Positions 19,470 through 29,593 of a stretch of DNA of 45,179 nucleotides are shown piece after piece. The notes under the pieces are model-generated. The model was not told the origin of the DNA and searched no databases. It saw nothing but the letters and a program-made list of their open reading frames with translations. The stretch comes from a virus, in the UHGV virus genome UHGV-1374413; one strand, given 5' to 3'. The number at the start of each line of letters is the position of its first letter. Positions within the stretch are counted from its first letter, which is position 1. Made by a program: the position numbers and the translations under genes.

Positions 19470-19771
19470 TACTTAACCTCCTCGATATAGAACACTGTAT
19501 CGTGTTCATAATCAATTCTTTTAGTTATCTGATACTTAGTATCGGTAATATAGGCATGCGTCACAGTAGGCTCAAAATGACCGTTTAAACGTATGACATT
19601 GATGTCTTTATTGATGTCTCCGTATTGCACCACTGTTTTTTGTGGACTTAGCGGACTGATATTACATGGTATTGCATCGTAGCGCTTTTCGTATGTTTCA
19701 GTTCGGCTTGTTTTAGGGTTGTACTGTCCTTTCGTTTCTTTAGCAAACACGACTCTCTTGTTATATCTCAA
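19469..19771 (-). CDS. Head closure/head-tail adaptor protein
   Basis: 100 aa, gene order; translationally coupled (ATGA) to the next gene. Confidence 0.5.
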   Translation of the reverse strand: MRYNKRVVFAKETKGQYNPKTSRTETYEKRYDAIPCNISPLSPQKTVVQYGDINKDINVIRLNGHFEPTVTHAYITDTKYQITKRIDYEHDTVFYIEEVK

Positions 19772-20097
19772 TAGAAAATACCTGCCCCACGTTTATCTGA
19801 GTTTCGTGGCGTATATTGATCTATTACGTCCATATATTCGTCAAAGTCGTTTGCTTGAAACGTATTAGAACGCCCATCTACACTTTCCTGCGTCATACCT
19901 TCTGCGCCAACACGATTAAAGCGCTTGACTGCTACTTCTTCGACGATATATTCCAATCTATCTGGAACTTCATCAATACCGATAGGAAGTAAACTAATCA
20001 AACGCTTTTCAGTGTTACCAATTATTCTTTTTAACAACTCATCTTGTACATTATCGTTAATAGAGAGTAATAACTTAACATTCTCTAATGTTGCCAT
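19768..20097 (-). CDS. Head-tail connector (gp6-like)
   Basis: 109 aa, gene order downstream of the capsid gene. Confidence 0.5.
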   Translation of the reverse strand: MATLENVKLLLSINDNVQDELLKRIIGNTEKRLISLLPIGIDEVPDRLEYIVEEVAVKRFNRVGAEGMTQESVDGRSNTFQANDFDEYMDVIDQYTPRNSDKRGAGIFY

Positions 20098-20098
20098 A

Positions 20099-20368
20099 TT
20101 ATCCCTCCAATGTGTTCAAGATTTCCGCTTTAGTATCATTTTCAGATACTTCAATACCATGTTTATCTGCAATTTCAATTAATTCTGCTTTTGTGTTCTT
20201 GCCATCTACAACTAACTTAATATATTGTTTATTATATTTGTTATCAGCGTGTAGTAATTGAGTAATACGCTCATCTGTAATGTCAGTAGGATAAATGTCG
20301 CCAACTTCATATGGTTTTTTATCTTCTGCGTCTACAAATGGTCGTACTACTTCGTATGAATAAGCCAT
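20099..20368 (-). CDS. Small head-associated protein with SAP/Rho-N-like helix-extension-helix motif
   Basis: 89 aa. C-terminal TKAELIEIADKHGIEV...TKAEILNTL motif. Confidence 0.5.
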   Translation of the reverse strand: MAYSYEVVRPFVDAEDKKPYEVGDIYPTDITDERITQLLHADNKYNKQYIKLVVDGKNTKAELIEIADKHGIEVSENDTKAEILNTLEG

Positions 20369-20390
20369 GTGTCAGACCTCCTTAGATTAA

Positions 20391-21320
20391 TTAGACAGTT
20401 TCAGTGTTTCCACCAGTTGAACCAGAACCAGCTGTTAATTTAGCAAATGCATTATCATCTGCAATGTGGAATGCAACGTCCATAGTTACACGCAAAGCAA
20501 TTAATTCTTGTTCGAATAAGTTTACTGGACTACCATCTTTATTTTGTACAGTAGACAACTGACCATCTTCTGAAATTTTATAAGACATATTGTAAGGAAT
20601 ACCGTAGAACATTTTATTAAAGTCCCCAGCGTATAAGTCGCCTTTTTTAATTTCATCAGATTTTAAATCAACTACTGGAAGTCCGTCTAATGTATTAGAT
20701 GAACGATCATAGTAGCTTTCGTTAGTGTTTTCGTCACGCACACCACGTAAAGCTGTACGGTTTTGTGTTTTAGATAAGAAAGCATTAGCTTCTACATCAT
20801 GTTCTAATAATTTATCCTCTAATTTTAATACGTTATCTAAGTTGATTTCTCCATTTACAGTATTACCTGAAGTTTTTACTGATTGTTCTACTGATTGAGC
20901 AAATGGGTTATCAACGTTTAATAAGCCAGCTTCATCAAATTTCTTATAGAATTGCTCAGCAATTTGTGGTTTCATTGCCTCGAAGAATTGTGAGTAAGTG
21001 TAATTTAAGAACTCACGAGATGCAACAACGATTACACCTAATTTATGAGAACGCATTTTAGCGCTTACTAGGCTAGGTTTAGTAGTTCTGATTTTTTGAC
21101 CTTCGCCTACCCAGTAAGCACCCGGTTTATCCGCCCAATAAGTAAATTCTTTTTCAGATTTACCGTTCATATCTTCATACTTACCTAATTGCATGATTTT
21201 TGAGTTTTGTAATACATCTAAAAGGATAGGTTTGTTGAATTCGTTTAATAATTCGCCTTCCTTATGTTCATGCATCATTACATGATCTGGGTTGAATACT
21301 TGTGGTTTTACATCTGCCAT
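20391..21320 (-). CDS. Major capsid protein
   Basis: 309 aa, immediately after the scaffold gene. Size and position typical of 80alpha/phi11-type major capsid protein. Confidence 0.8.
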   Translation of the reverse strand: MADVKPQVFNPDHVMMHEHKEGELLNEFNKPILLDVLQNSKIMQLGKYEDMNGKSEKEFTYWADKPGAYWVGEGQKIRTTKPSLVSAKMRSHKLGVIVVASREFLNYTYSQFFEAMKPQIAEQFYKKFDEAGLLNVDNPFAQSVEQSVKTSGNTVNGEINLDNVLKLEDKLLEHDVEANAFLSKTQNRTALRGVRDENTNESYYDRSSNTLDGLPVVDLKSDEIKKGDLYAGDFNKMFYGIPYNMSYKISEDGQLSTVQNKDGSPVNLFEQELIALRVTMDVAFHIADDNAFAKLTAGSGSTGGNTETV

Positions 21321-21335
21321 AGGTTGATACCTCCG

Positions 21336-21947
21336 TTATTTTATAATTCTATTTTCATTAGCAAGTTCTTGAATCGACTTTCCGCTTGTTTGACGACCGC
21401 CAAAACTACTACTTTGATTGCTCGGTGTAGATTGTCGAGTAACTTCTTTCACTTGCTCTTGTACTGCATTGTCAAAATCAGCTTTGATTTCTTTCACAAC
21501 TTCATTAATCTTTTCTACATCTTCTAAATGAATAAGTGACTCTGCAAATGAAGTAGGTAAACCTTTTTCTTTAAGGTCACTCTCAACGTCAGATTTAAGT
21601 TCACGTAGTTTGAACTCTTTTTCTTTTTCAGCTAACGCTTGCTCGCGTTCTTCAATTTCTTTGTCACGCTTTTCTTTTTCAGTTAGTTTTGCGTAGCTTT
21701 CACCCTTTTTTCTAGCTTCTTCACGAGCTTGTTCTAAGTCTTGCTGGTGTTTACGCTCACGTTTCTTCAATGCGCTGTCTACTGCTTTACTGATAGCCGA
21801 GTCTACTTCATTCTTTGTATAAGTTTCTTGCTTGCTATCGTTATCGTTTTCTGACTCTTTATTATCATTTTCGTTAGTGTTTTCAGAATCGCCTTCGTTT
21901 TCTGCAAAAAACTGTAAATTTAATTTGTATAAGTCATCTTTAATCAT
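21336..21947 (-). CDS. Capsid scaffolding protein
   Basis: 203 aa, highly charged coiled-coil, N-terminal LNLQFFAENEG signature typical of staphylococcal phage scaffolds. Confidence 0.75.
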   Translation of the reverse strand: MIKDDLYKLNLQFFAENEGDSENTNENDNKESENDNDSKQETYTKNEVDSAISKAVDSALKKRERKHQQDLEQAREEARKKGESYAKLTEKEKRDKEIEEREQALAEKEKEFKLRELKSDVESDLKEKGLPTSFAESLIHLEDVEKINEVVKEIKADFDNAVQEQVKEVTRQSTPSNQSSSFGGRQTSGKSIQELANENRIIK

Positions 21948-22197
21948 TTTTTATCCTCCTCATAAACGTTAAGTTCTCGAATTTATCGCATAAAAAAAGC
22001 GCCCCAATCAGTCAGTTAAGCCCGATTAGTGCGCTAGATTTATTTTGATAGGGAAACAAGTTTCTTAACCCTTATAATTAGTTATTAGTATGTTTATGAG
22101 CAGTTTAATGACTTACTTAGGTCAAGTAGCTAACGTATGCTACCAACGAGATAATTGGATCACCATTTTCACGTTACGACTTCTCATGAGTACCACC

Positions 22198-22347
22198 TCA
22201 AATAAAGTTTTTAGGTTCAAATGATTTCTTTTTATCTTGCTTAGGTTTCGCTTGTGCTTGGTTACTAGGATTTGTATCGTTCAGACGCTTCAGTTCTACA
22301 TGAATGTGTTCTAAAGCGTCGGCGATACGTTCGAGTGCATTTGTCAT
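22198..22347 (-). CDS. Small hypothetical protein (49 aa) not in the ORF track
   Basis: MTNALERIADALEHIHVELKRLNDTNPSNQAQAKPKQDKKKSFEPKNFI. Strong RBS GGAGGTGTGG. ATGA overlap with the minor head gene stop. Confidence 0.45.
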   Translation of the reverse strand: MTNALERIADALEHIHVELKRLNDTNPSNQAQAKPKQDKKKSFEPKNFI

Positions 22348-23294
22348 TTAACCACACCTCCGAAATATTTACCTTTACGTTCTTCGAAGAACTTATCACG
22401 CCAGTTTTCATCAATGTGCGGAACGACTGCACTTCTGCAAAACGGATGCATAGGCGGAGCATTTACACCCGGAACCATGTCTTTTACTTTAAATGTTTTA
22501 TCATTCAAACTCCTACATGTTTTCGTTGTCTTGCTATCCATTTTTGCTACAAATTCATACTCTGCATCTTCTCCATGCTGATCTAACATATGACGTTTAG
22601 ATGCTAATGTTTGAACTCTTGCAGTTTCAGTTAGTAATAGTCGTTTCATATTGTAAGTTGTTGCTCCTGTGTCTTTGCGTAAGTCTTTCACAAACTCATA
22701 AGGGTGTCTGCCACGTAGTAATACATGACGTGTAGTCTTTTGTACGTGTCGTCTTACCACGTCCATATCCGACCACAACCTTGTACTCCATTTATGCCCT
22801 TCAAATGGTGTAAATATGATTGTTTTAACGTCGTTTATAGACACTTGAAGTGTTTCTCCCAAGATACCTGCTTGTTGCTTTAATGCTCTGTAATAAGCAC
22901 TCTCCATGTAGTTATACATAGATTGTTCTATCTGTGCATAAGCATAAGTAACAATTAGTCCTAGTTGCGCTTGAAGTAACTTCTCACGACTAACATACAT
23001 CTTAGTATTGTAGGCTCTTAGTTCTGCATTAGCTTTATCACTAAAATCTTTATTCTCAACATACTGTTTCGCTTTCTGCTGGAACATTTGAACATCTACT
23101 GCATCAATCTTCTTCTTAGCCTCAATAAATGAGATACCTTCATTAATCGCATATCTTGCATAGAAACGATTGATCTCATCTTCAATATCTTCATTCATCT
23201 CATCAACAATACGTTGTATCTCTTGAGCAATCTCATAATCTGATTTACTTTCTTCATCAATGATTTCCTTTGCTCTATCTTCCCAGTAGGACAT
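22344..23294 (-). CDS. Minor head protein (SPP1 gp7 / Mu F-like head morphogenesis)
   Basis: 316 aa, directly downstream of the portal gene. Confidence 0.75.
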   Translation of the reverse strand: MSYWEDRAKEIIDEESKSDYEIAQEIQRIVDEMNEDIEDEINRFYARYAINEGISFIEAKKKIDAVDVQMFQQKAKQYVENKDFSDKANAELRAYNTKMYVSREKLLQAQLGLIVTYAYAQIEQSMYNYMESAYYRALKQQAGILGETLQVSINDVKTIIFTPFEGHKWSTRLWSDMDVVRRHVQKTTRHVLLRGRHPYEFVKDLRKDTGATTYNMKRLLLTETARVQTLASKRHMLDQHGEDAEYEFVAKMDSKTTKTCRSLNDKTFKVKDMVPGVNAPPMHPFCRSAVVPHIDENWRDKFFEERKGKYFGGVVK

Positions 23295-23300
23295 AGACTA

Positions 23301-24794
23301 TCACTCCTTAATATCAGTTTGGTTGTCTATACCCTGTCTGTACATACGTTCATCTGATTTTTGAATTTGGATATCTTCTTCATTTTCGATACGTTCCATT
23401 TCTTGTTGTGGGTTATCAATGAACGACACAATTGACATCAACGTTTGTTGACTGATTTGTCCACCAGCTTGTAAATACATATCCATTTCATCTTTCACTG
23501 ACTTAGGAATATTACGTGTAAATGTAAATGTTAAATCTTGAATAGCATCTTTATCTAATTCACGATTGATGCTCATAATTTGACCGATTAACTTATAACG
23601 TCTACGCAAGCCTTTTCTGAATAGACCTTCTTTGATTGCAGTACGTTGTTCTAGTCCAAATAACTTATATTTCATAGCTTCACCTGATTGATTGCCACCA
23701 AAGTTTTCATCAGTCATATCTGGTGTGTTAGTGAACATATGAATATTACGACTAATTCTATCTTTATAAGACTCAACACCATTTACATCATATTCTTTAT
23801 AAATGTACTTAGCGTCTACATTGCCCTCAGTCGTTCTCTCATCCATATTTGTGTATTCAGGTGGAACTAAGTGGAACACGTTTGCATCTTTTTGCAATTG
23901 AGCTGTATTGCTATCTAATTCCATGTTTCCGATTACAAGTAACATTGCATCATTTAAATCACTCATGTAGTTAGCTGTGTCTGATTGTGCATTGTCATAT
24001 AAGTCAATAAGTGGAATAACTTTCTCAAAGTCTCCACGACGCTTTTCATTATTGCTAAACTCTGTGATTGTTACCTTACCAAATGAATGTGGCTCTGGTG
24101 GTCTACGTTCTTGCAGCGATAGGTTAGTAGACTTATTCGCATAGAAGAAATTGGTTGCGTTAGGTGTAATGATGTCTACATTGTAAATATCTGTATCATC
24201 ATATTCTCTCGTTGACGTTTGCCAGTATCTCACTGCGATTAAACTATTCTGTTCAATCGTATTATCGTAAATCACAAATGTATGACGTGGATCAGATTTG
24301 TATAATCTCACTTCATCATCTTGATTACGGATAATATATTCGTAAGCACGCCCGAAGATAGACAAGTCTAGTCCGATTGAACGATTGTGTGTGTCGATGT
24401 CATTTAGGTTATGTAGCCCGTTAATCTTCTCTTGTGTACTTTCATCTTCTGTTTGTACTTGTATTGCATGACCGAAGCAATAACCATTAATAAAATCTGC
24501 GATGTATGATGCGAAGTCATGTGCTGCACGATTATCTGCTAAGTGTTTCTCTCTACGTCTACGATTACGCATGATGTTGTAGTTAAGTCCTTGATAGTAA
24601 TCATCAAGCATTTGTAATCTAGGTACTTGTGCCTCTAAATGATGACTAATACACTCACTGATGAAATCATAGTCATCTAGTATCTCGCTTAACGTACCGT
24701 CATAACGATATGTTTCTACTGCGTCACGTCTGTATATCTTATCTCGATGTTGACGGTACTCTGCATCTCTTTCGAATTCATTTACTTTTAACAA
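23301..24794 (-). CDS. Portal protein
   Basis: 497 aa, downstream of the large terminase. Size and composition typical of SPP1-type portal. Confidence 0.85.
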   Translation of the reverse strand: MLKVNEFERDAEYRQHRDKIYRRDAVETYRYDGTLSEILDDYDFISECISHHLEAQVPRLQMLDDYYQGLNYNIMRNRRRREKHLADNRAAHDFASYIADFINGYCFGHAIQVQTEDESTQEKINGLHNLNDIDTHNRSIGLDLSIFGRAYEYIIRNQDDEVRLYKSDPRHTFVIYDNTIEQNSLIAVRYWQTSTREYDDTDIYNVDIITPNATNFFYANKSTNLSLQERRPPEPHSFGKVTITEFSNNEKRRGDFEKVIPLIDLYDNAQSDTANYMSDLNDAMLLVIGNMELDSNTAQLQKDANVFHLVPPEYTNMDERTTEGNVDAKYIYKEYDVNGVESYKDRISRNIHMFTNTPDMTDENFGGNQSGEAMKYKLFGLEQRTAIKEGLFRKGLRRRYKLIGQIMSINRELDKDAIQDLTFTFTRNIPKSVKDEMDMYLQAGGQISQQTLMSIVSFIDNPQQEMERIENEEDIQIQKSDERMYRQGIDNQTDIKE

Positions 24795-24807
24795 GCGTTA
24801 TCCCTCC

Positions 24808-26112
24808 TTATAAGCCCATTGATTTGATTGTGCTAATATTCTTCCTAACATTTGTTTTTGTCTGTTTATGAGGCAAATGGAAACGTTCTAGGGAATAGCG
24901 TAATCCATCGAGCAAATGGTTGTTTCTGTCGATAGGTTGGTTTAACCAATTCCCTTCTTTATCTTGTTCGAATGTGTAAGTGTTCAATTCTTCGATAGTA
25001 TGCACACAAGTTGGATGCACATATATCTTAAAACCTTGTATGAACTGAACACCTTGCATGATTGAACCTTGACCTTTAATTGACGGTTTAATGTTAGGAA
25101 TACCTTTACGCTTAATCTCTGCAATCAAACGTTTCTCAGCACTATCTGCAACAATGAGCGCATCTTTATATCCTTTATCTACATACATTTGATATATCTC
25201 ATCAGTGAGCATACCTTTCTCATAGTGTTCATCGTATATCCATAATTCTTTATTATTCATGTCTACAACGGTACTAATCAATGTAGTCGGATCGTGAGTA
25301 AACCCGAAATCGCTTCCGTGAGCTTTTTCTTGTGTCCGTTTGAATACTTTCAACCAGTCGAACTCTTTCACTTCGAAATTATCAAATACAAGCCCTTCAG
25401 CAACTCCCCATTCACCATCACATACAATTCTTGCACGTCTAGGATTTGTTCTGTACAAGTCCTCGTAACGTGCAATATCGACTTCATCAAGCCATTCATT
25501 CACTCGATATGTTGTTGTGTATGAAAATGTATTGTTTAGCTTAGTATCTTCATCAAAGAATGTAGGTTTGAGCCAATGACGTTCACTCCAAGGGTTGAAT
25601 GTAACTGTAATTTGTTTGAAGAAGTCTGGACTATCGACACTACCACGAATAGACTCAACGACTGTACTAAATTTATCGAATGTTTCAATCTGATAGGCTT
25701 CTTCAAACCATGCAAAACATAATATCCCAGTATCAACCGTGATTGATGTAATCTTCAAAGGATCATCCAATCCTCTGAATAATATCTTCTGGCCAGTAGG
25801 CTTATAAGTAATCTCTGGCAAACTATCGTTAAACTTAAATAAGTGAGCTACACCTAATTGATTTGTAGCCCACTTCAAGTCTGTATATGTTGATTGTTTG
25901 TTGGTATTACTGAAGCGTCTAACTACAAGTAAGTTAGCCCACTCGTATTCCATTAATCTATAAATAAAGTTAAGTGCAGTTGTCTTACTCTTCTTACTAC
26001 CCCTAGAACCTTTCACAACTCTGTAAAAGTTTTTATTGTGCCAGAACTCGTTGTACCCACCACCGATAGTTTTTGTAATACTTAACGTTTTATCAGTCAT
26101 TGGCTGGCACAT
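24808..26112 (-). CDS. terL: Terminase large subunit
   Basis: 434 aa. N-terminal Walker A-like VKGSRGSKKSKT and a C-terminal nuclease region. Overlaps the terS end. Confidence 0.9.
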   Translation of the reverse strand: MCQPMTDKTLSITKTIGGGYNEFWHNKNFYRVVKGSRGSKKSKTTALNFIYRLMEYEWANLLVVRRFSNTNKQSTYTDLKWATNQLGVAHLFKFNDSLPEITYKPTGQKILFRGLDDPLKITSITVDTGILCFAWFEEAYQIETFDKFSTVVESIRGSVDSPDFFKQITVTFNPWSERHWLKPTFFDEDTKLNNTFSYTTTYRVNEWLDEVDIARYEDLYRTNPRRARIVCDGEWGVAEGLVFDNFEVKEFDWLKVFKRTQEKAHGSDFGFTHDPTTLISTVVDMNNKELWIYDEHYEKGMLTDEIYQMYVDKGYKDALIVADSAEKRLIAEIKRKGIPNIKPSIKGQGSIMQGVQFIQGFKIYVHPTCVHTIEELNTYTFEQDKEGNWLNQPIDRNNHLLDGLRYSLERFHLPHKQTKTNVRKNISTIKSMGL

Positions 26113-26548
26113 CGTTTATAAAAGTTGGAGTAATTACTTCTGCCTCAACTTTGTCGGTCCACATGCGATAACGTTTGCCTAATAATTCTGCTGCTTTCGT
26201 TCTAGCGTTAGTATCAGAACGTTTTTCTAGTTCTTCTACTTCCATTTCACCACGACCTACTTGAATTGGTATAAGTTCTTGGTCTGTAATTTCACCACGA
26301 ATGACGGAAGTAAGATATCGAAGTATTTCATCTTGGTCTGCAATCGCTTCTTTTTTAAGTTCTTCCATTCGCTTATCAATTGCTGATTTTATTCCGACAT
26401 TTTCCAACAATTTATGACTTCTAGCTTTAGCGTACTTTTCGCTATATCCAGCCTTAATTGCCGATTGATAAGCATTTCCACTTTTAATATATTCATCTAC
26501 AAACGTTTGTTGTTTAACATTTAATTCGTTCATCTCATATATCACCAA
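26093..26548 (-). CDS. terS: Terminase small subunit
   Basis: 151 aa, HTH-containing N-terminus (QTFVDEYIKSGNAYQSAIKAGYSE). The track start is GTG; an ATG 4 codons in (MNELN) is an alternative. Confidence 0.8.
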   Translation of the reverse strand: MVIYEMNELNVKQQTFVDEYIKSGNAYQSAIKAGYSEKYAKARSHKLLENVGIKSAIDKRMEELKKEAIADQDEILRYLTSVIRGEITDQELIPIQVGRGEMEVEELEKRSDTNARTKAAELLGKRYRMWTDKVEAEVITPTFINDVPAND

Positions 26549-26587
26549 CTCTCACGTTAATAACTTTATTTATTTTTATACAACAAA

Positions 26588-26625
26588 AACCTACCCAAGT
26601 GTTCTCTCGGATAGGTTTAAAGAAA
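26588..26625 (-). terminator. Putative terminator between the late activator gene and the packaging operon
   Basis: Minus-strand hairpin AACCUAUCC-(14 nt)-GGUAGGUU followed by UUUUUGUUG. Confidence 0.4.
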
Positions 26626-26742
26626 GGAGTATGTTTATGAATCATTTAGCAAAAGAATTAACCAACTCATTGTAAGTACCTGATTAACTTACACTATCAT
26701 AATAACGCCTTTTTAAGTGGACTTACATACGTCAAAAGTTCT

Positions 26743-27159
26743 CTACACATAACCAATGTAATCTGCTAACTTCTCAATCATTGCATTTCTTCTTCTCAAT
26801 ATACTTGTTTTATTCGTACCGAAGTAATCAGCCAAATCTTCCCAGTGATAACAACCGATAGGACATTCCCAGTAGCGCTTGTTAATTAAGTCCAAAGTAT
26901 CCTCGTCTGCCTCACTCACTAATCTATCAACGCCATTAACAATATTACTAAGCGTTACATAACGTTTGTCACTTAGCTTCTTAATCGTTTCACGTTCAAT
27001 AGGGTTGCCGGGTAGATTGCTCTTACCTGCGCCTACATTCTCTGGTTCATGATTTTCCAGTAATTCATATTCGCACACTTTCAACTCTTTGCGATAACGT
27101 TCTATATGCTGAATGTATTCTTCTAACTTTTTAATATCGTGGCGTTCAATCGTTATCAC
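26743..27159 (-). CDS. Late gene transcriptional activator (RinA/ArpU-family, sigma region-4-like C-terminus)
   Basis: 138 aa, located immediately upstream of terS as rinA is in phi11/80alpha. C-terminal TSILRRRNAMIEKLADYIG resembles sigma-70 region 4. Confidence 0.6.
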   Translation of the reverse strand: MITIERHDIKKLEEYIQHIERYRKELKVCEYELLENHEPENVGAGKSNLPGNPIERETIKKLSDKRYVTLSNIVNGVDRLVSEADEDTLDLINKRYWECPIGCYHWEDLADYFGTNKTSILRRRNAMIEKLADYIGYV

Positions 27160-27232
27160 TTACGTTCTTCCCCCTTACTCTTTATACATATCCATACTAG
27201 GTATACAATAGGTATTAATACTATCCACCAAG

Positions 27233-27679
27233 TCATTCAACCACCTCTAAATTAGGTTTGTGTTGTAATACTTTCCCACCCAAAATACGCGCATCTTCTT
27301 TAGCTGATCCTAAATTTTTATACGATAAAGCTTCAAATACATTATCAGTTATAATATATGTGTCTCTATAAGAATTTATATGTTTTTTTGCTAAATATAC
27401 TTCGTCTTTTAACTCAACCACGTATTTTCCTAAGCTGCGTTTATTATCTTTATCTTCCATTTCAACTGACTTTCTTTGTATGTGCGTCCTATCATCTATC
27501 AAGTCTGTCTTTCGATTGTTACGCAATTGATTATTTATCCGTGTATTCTCATTCCACGTTTTTATCATGATGTCATAATATCTTTTCGCTTTCTGCTCTG
27601 CCCTTACCCATTTATACGTTGATATTGCCCACATTATAGACAAAATAGCTATCGCAATTAATAGTGGCCATTCCATCAT
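27233..27679 (-). CDS. Membrane-anchored hypothetical protein
   Basis: 148 aa, N-terminal TM helix. Confidence 0.55.
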   Translation of the reverse strand: MMEWPLLIAIAILSIMWAISTYKWVRAEQKAKRYYDIMIKTWNENTRINNQLRNNRKTDLIDDRTHIQRKSVEMEDKDNKRSLGKYVVELKDEVYLAKKHINSYRDTYIITDNVFEALSYKNLGSAKEDARILGGKVLQHKPNLEVVE

Positions 27680-27852
27680 TCACTCACCTCATCGTTCAAA
27701 TGGGTATGATCATACTCATTAAAATCTTGTGGCGCTTGTTCCACCTCATCTTGCTTATATTTGTAGTAATCAATAACTACATTAGTGAGATACTTCCCTA
27801 ACTCGTACATAGCGATGGTAAACCAAATCTTTAATATGCGTTTAAACATCAT
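27676..27852 (-). CDS. Small hypothetical protein (58 aa) not in the ORF track
   Basis: MMFKRILKIWFTIAMYELGKYLTNVVIDYYKYKQDEVEQAPQDFNEYDHTHLNDEVSE. RBS GGAGGTAAG. Stop overlaps the next start (ATGA). Confidence 0.45.
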   Translation of the reverse strand: MMFKRILKIWFTIAMYELGKYLTNVVIDYYKYKQDEVEQAPQDFNEYDHTHLNDEVSE

Positions 27853-28120
27853 ACTTACCTCCTAATCTATGATAGTTATGCCCACAATGATTACATCTCA
27901 TATATTCGATTGGACTGTTATAATCTTTGGCCATTAGGTTTCCGCCTAGCATTTTGCAATTAGGACATTCACTTAATCCTGTGATTTTCTTATGTTTCTC
28001 TTTCGCTTCTTCCTTACTCTCTGCCTCCACAATAAAGAGAGTTTCATTTGTGCGTGCTTTCTCAATATCAGTGTGAATATGACCTGTGCTATCTGTGAAT
28101 TCTCTGATTAGGAATTGCAT
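27842..28120 (-). CDS. Zinc-ribbon hypothetical protein
   Basis: 92 aa, CPNC...CNHC motif. Confidence 0.55.
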   Translation of the reverse strand: MQFLIREFTDSTGHIHTDIEKARTNETLFIVEAESKEEAKEKHKKITGLSECPNCKMLGGNLMAKDYNSPIEYMRCNHCGHNYHRLGGKYDV

Positions 28121-28344
28121 TATTCTACAACCTCTAAAATCTCATGTTTCATTCTGTATTCTTTGACAGTACCATAGCAGCGTTCTGCAATATCCATAGC
28201 ACTATCTAAATAAGAAGTTTTAATAGCTTTTTCTATGTTTTTAGTGAAACTATATACATTTCCAAATGCATTTGTTGATACGTACAAGCCACTCTTTATT
28301 TCAATAATATATTTCTTGTCATTTTGATTATCTTCCATTCCCAC
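28120..28344 (-). CDS. Hypothetical protein
   Basis: 74 aa ORF, translationally coupled to its neighbours. Confidence 0.5.
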   Translation of the reverse strand: MGMEDNQNDKKYIIEIKSGLYVSTNAFGNVYSFTKNIEKAIKTSYLDSAMDIAERCYGTVKEYRMKHEILEVVE

Positions 28345-28345
28345 T

Positions 28346-28483
28346 CACTCCTTACGAAATAATTTTAATGTTAACCAAGACCAAAATATAAGAAACGGGA
28401 TAAATAACGATAAGCTAAATTTAATTTCGGTATTAGCAATGTTGTAAATCACTATTAAAACTTCATAAAGTAAATCACCCATT
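28346..28483 (-). CDS. Small membrane peptide (45 aa) not in the ORF track
   Basis: MGDLLYEVLIVIYNIANTEIKFSLSLFIPFLIFWSWLTLKLFRKE. RBS AAAGGAGTG. Confidence 0.35.
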
Positions 28484-28544
28484 TCCCATCACTCCTTTAA
28501 TCTACATCTTGTGCTATCTGTAAATTCTCTGATTAGGAATTGTG

Positions 28545-28751
28545 TCATCTTTCTAACGCTCCATAATCTACACCAATAGGATAAATCAGTAGAGATAAAA
28601 TATTTAATATTATTCCCAACAAGAAAAAGAATAACAATTCTTTTTTAGATAGTTGTTTATTAGCTATTAAGTCAACTGTAAAAACTGACAAACTTACAAT
28701 CGACCCTATAAAACTCACGCAAAATAACGTTGCTATAACGTACCCTGTCAC
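28545..28751 (-). CDS. Small membrane protein (2 TM)
   Basis: 68 aa, two hydrophobic helices. Confidence 0.5.
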   Translation of the reverse strand: MTGYVIATLFCVSFIGSIVSLSVFTVDLIANKQLSKKELLFFFLLGIILNILSLLIYPIGVDYGALER

Positions 28752-28787
28752 TTCCCTAGCACCTCTTTTACTTTTTCTAGTATGTCT

Positions 28788-29210
28788 TTACTCCCCTGTA
28801 CTTCCGTATGCTCCTCGCTCTGACATTTCTTCAAACTCTTGCACCTCCGTTGGCTCTGGTAACATAACTGGTGTAACAACTAACTGCGCTAAGCGTGTGC
28901 CTGCTTTAACTACGATTGCCTCATCACCGATATTGTCTGTGATAATTCCAATTTCTTTGTTATATGTGTGATCAATTGTTCCAAGCGCTACACGTAATTT
29001 AGTTTTAAGTGAATTACCTGAACGTGGTCTCACTTGCGCCTCATATCCATACGCTAAATCAATTGCAATATGCGTTGGTACTACGACTGTACTATGTGCT
29101 GGAATTGTTGTATCTTCTGCTACATATAAATCTAATCCACTATCTGTTGGATTTGCTCTAGTTGGTAAGATTGCATTTTCTGATAATAATTTAATTGGTA
29201 AGATTCCCAT
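28788..29210 (-). CDS. dut: dUTP diphosphatase (trimeric-type dUTPase)
   Basis: 140 aa with dUTPase motifs RPRSGNS, GTIDHTYNKEIG, AGTRLAQLVV, RGAYGSTG. RBS GGAGGAA. Confidence 0.85.
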   Translation of the reverse strand: MGILPIKLLSENAILPTRANPTDSGLDLYVAEDTTIPAHSTVVVPTHIAIDLAYGYEAQVRPRSGNSLKTKLRVALGTIDHTYNKEIGIITDNIGDEAIVVKAGTRLAQLVVTPVMLPEPTEVQEFEEMSERGAYGSTGE

Positions 29211-29454
29211 TTATTGTTCCTCCGATATTTGAATTAATTGAATGTTGTACCATTCTTGATAAACGTTCCCTTTCTGCTTTTGTATCAACTATTTGATATC
29301 TGTAATTCAACGCAGGTGCTACTGGTGGTTTAAGTGGCGACTGCTTAATAACTACTTTTTGTTCACCGACCAATGTATGAAAACTGCCACCATTCAATAA
29401 GCTGAGTAAGTCATTTTCATCTAGGAATATAGTTTGTTCACTCATCGCTATCAC
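29191..29454 (-). CDS. Hypothetical protein
   Basis: 87 aa ORF. The true start may be MSEQ (29445). Confidence 0.5.
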   Translation of the reverse strand: MIAMSEQTIFLDENDLLSLLNGGSFHTLVGEQKVVIKQSPLKPPVAPALNYRYQIVDTKAERERLSRMVQHSINSNIGGTINGNLTN

Positions 29455-29593
29455 TCTCCAAATCTTTTAATAAAGTTTGAATATAAGTTTTAGATGCACT
29501 TAATAATTCATTTTGATAAGCATTAAGAATTGATTTATCTACTTGCTCGATATGCCATAATGCCTCTTGTAAGTTATCTATATCTTGAAACAT
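29438..29593 (-). CDS. Small hypothetical protein (51 aa) not in the ORF track
   Basis: MFQDIDNLQEALWHIEQVDKSILNAYQNELLSASKTYIQTLLKDLESDSDE. RBS GGAGGT. TAATG coupling to the upstream gene. Confidence 0.45.
   Translation of the reverse strand: MFQDIDNLQEALWHIEQVDKSILNAYQNELLSASKTYIQTLLKDLESDSDE

Noticed and set aside
26603-26650. 14-codon plus-strand peptide MFMNHLAKELTNSL with an AAAGGAG RBS in the rinA-terS intergenic region
   Set aside because: Too short and on the opposite strand of the late operon. More likely fortuitous, although a leader peptide cannot be excluded.
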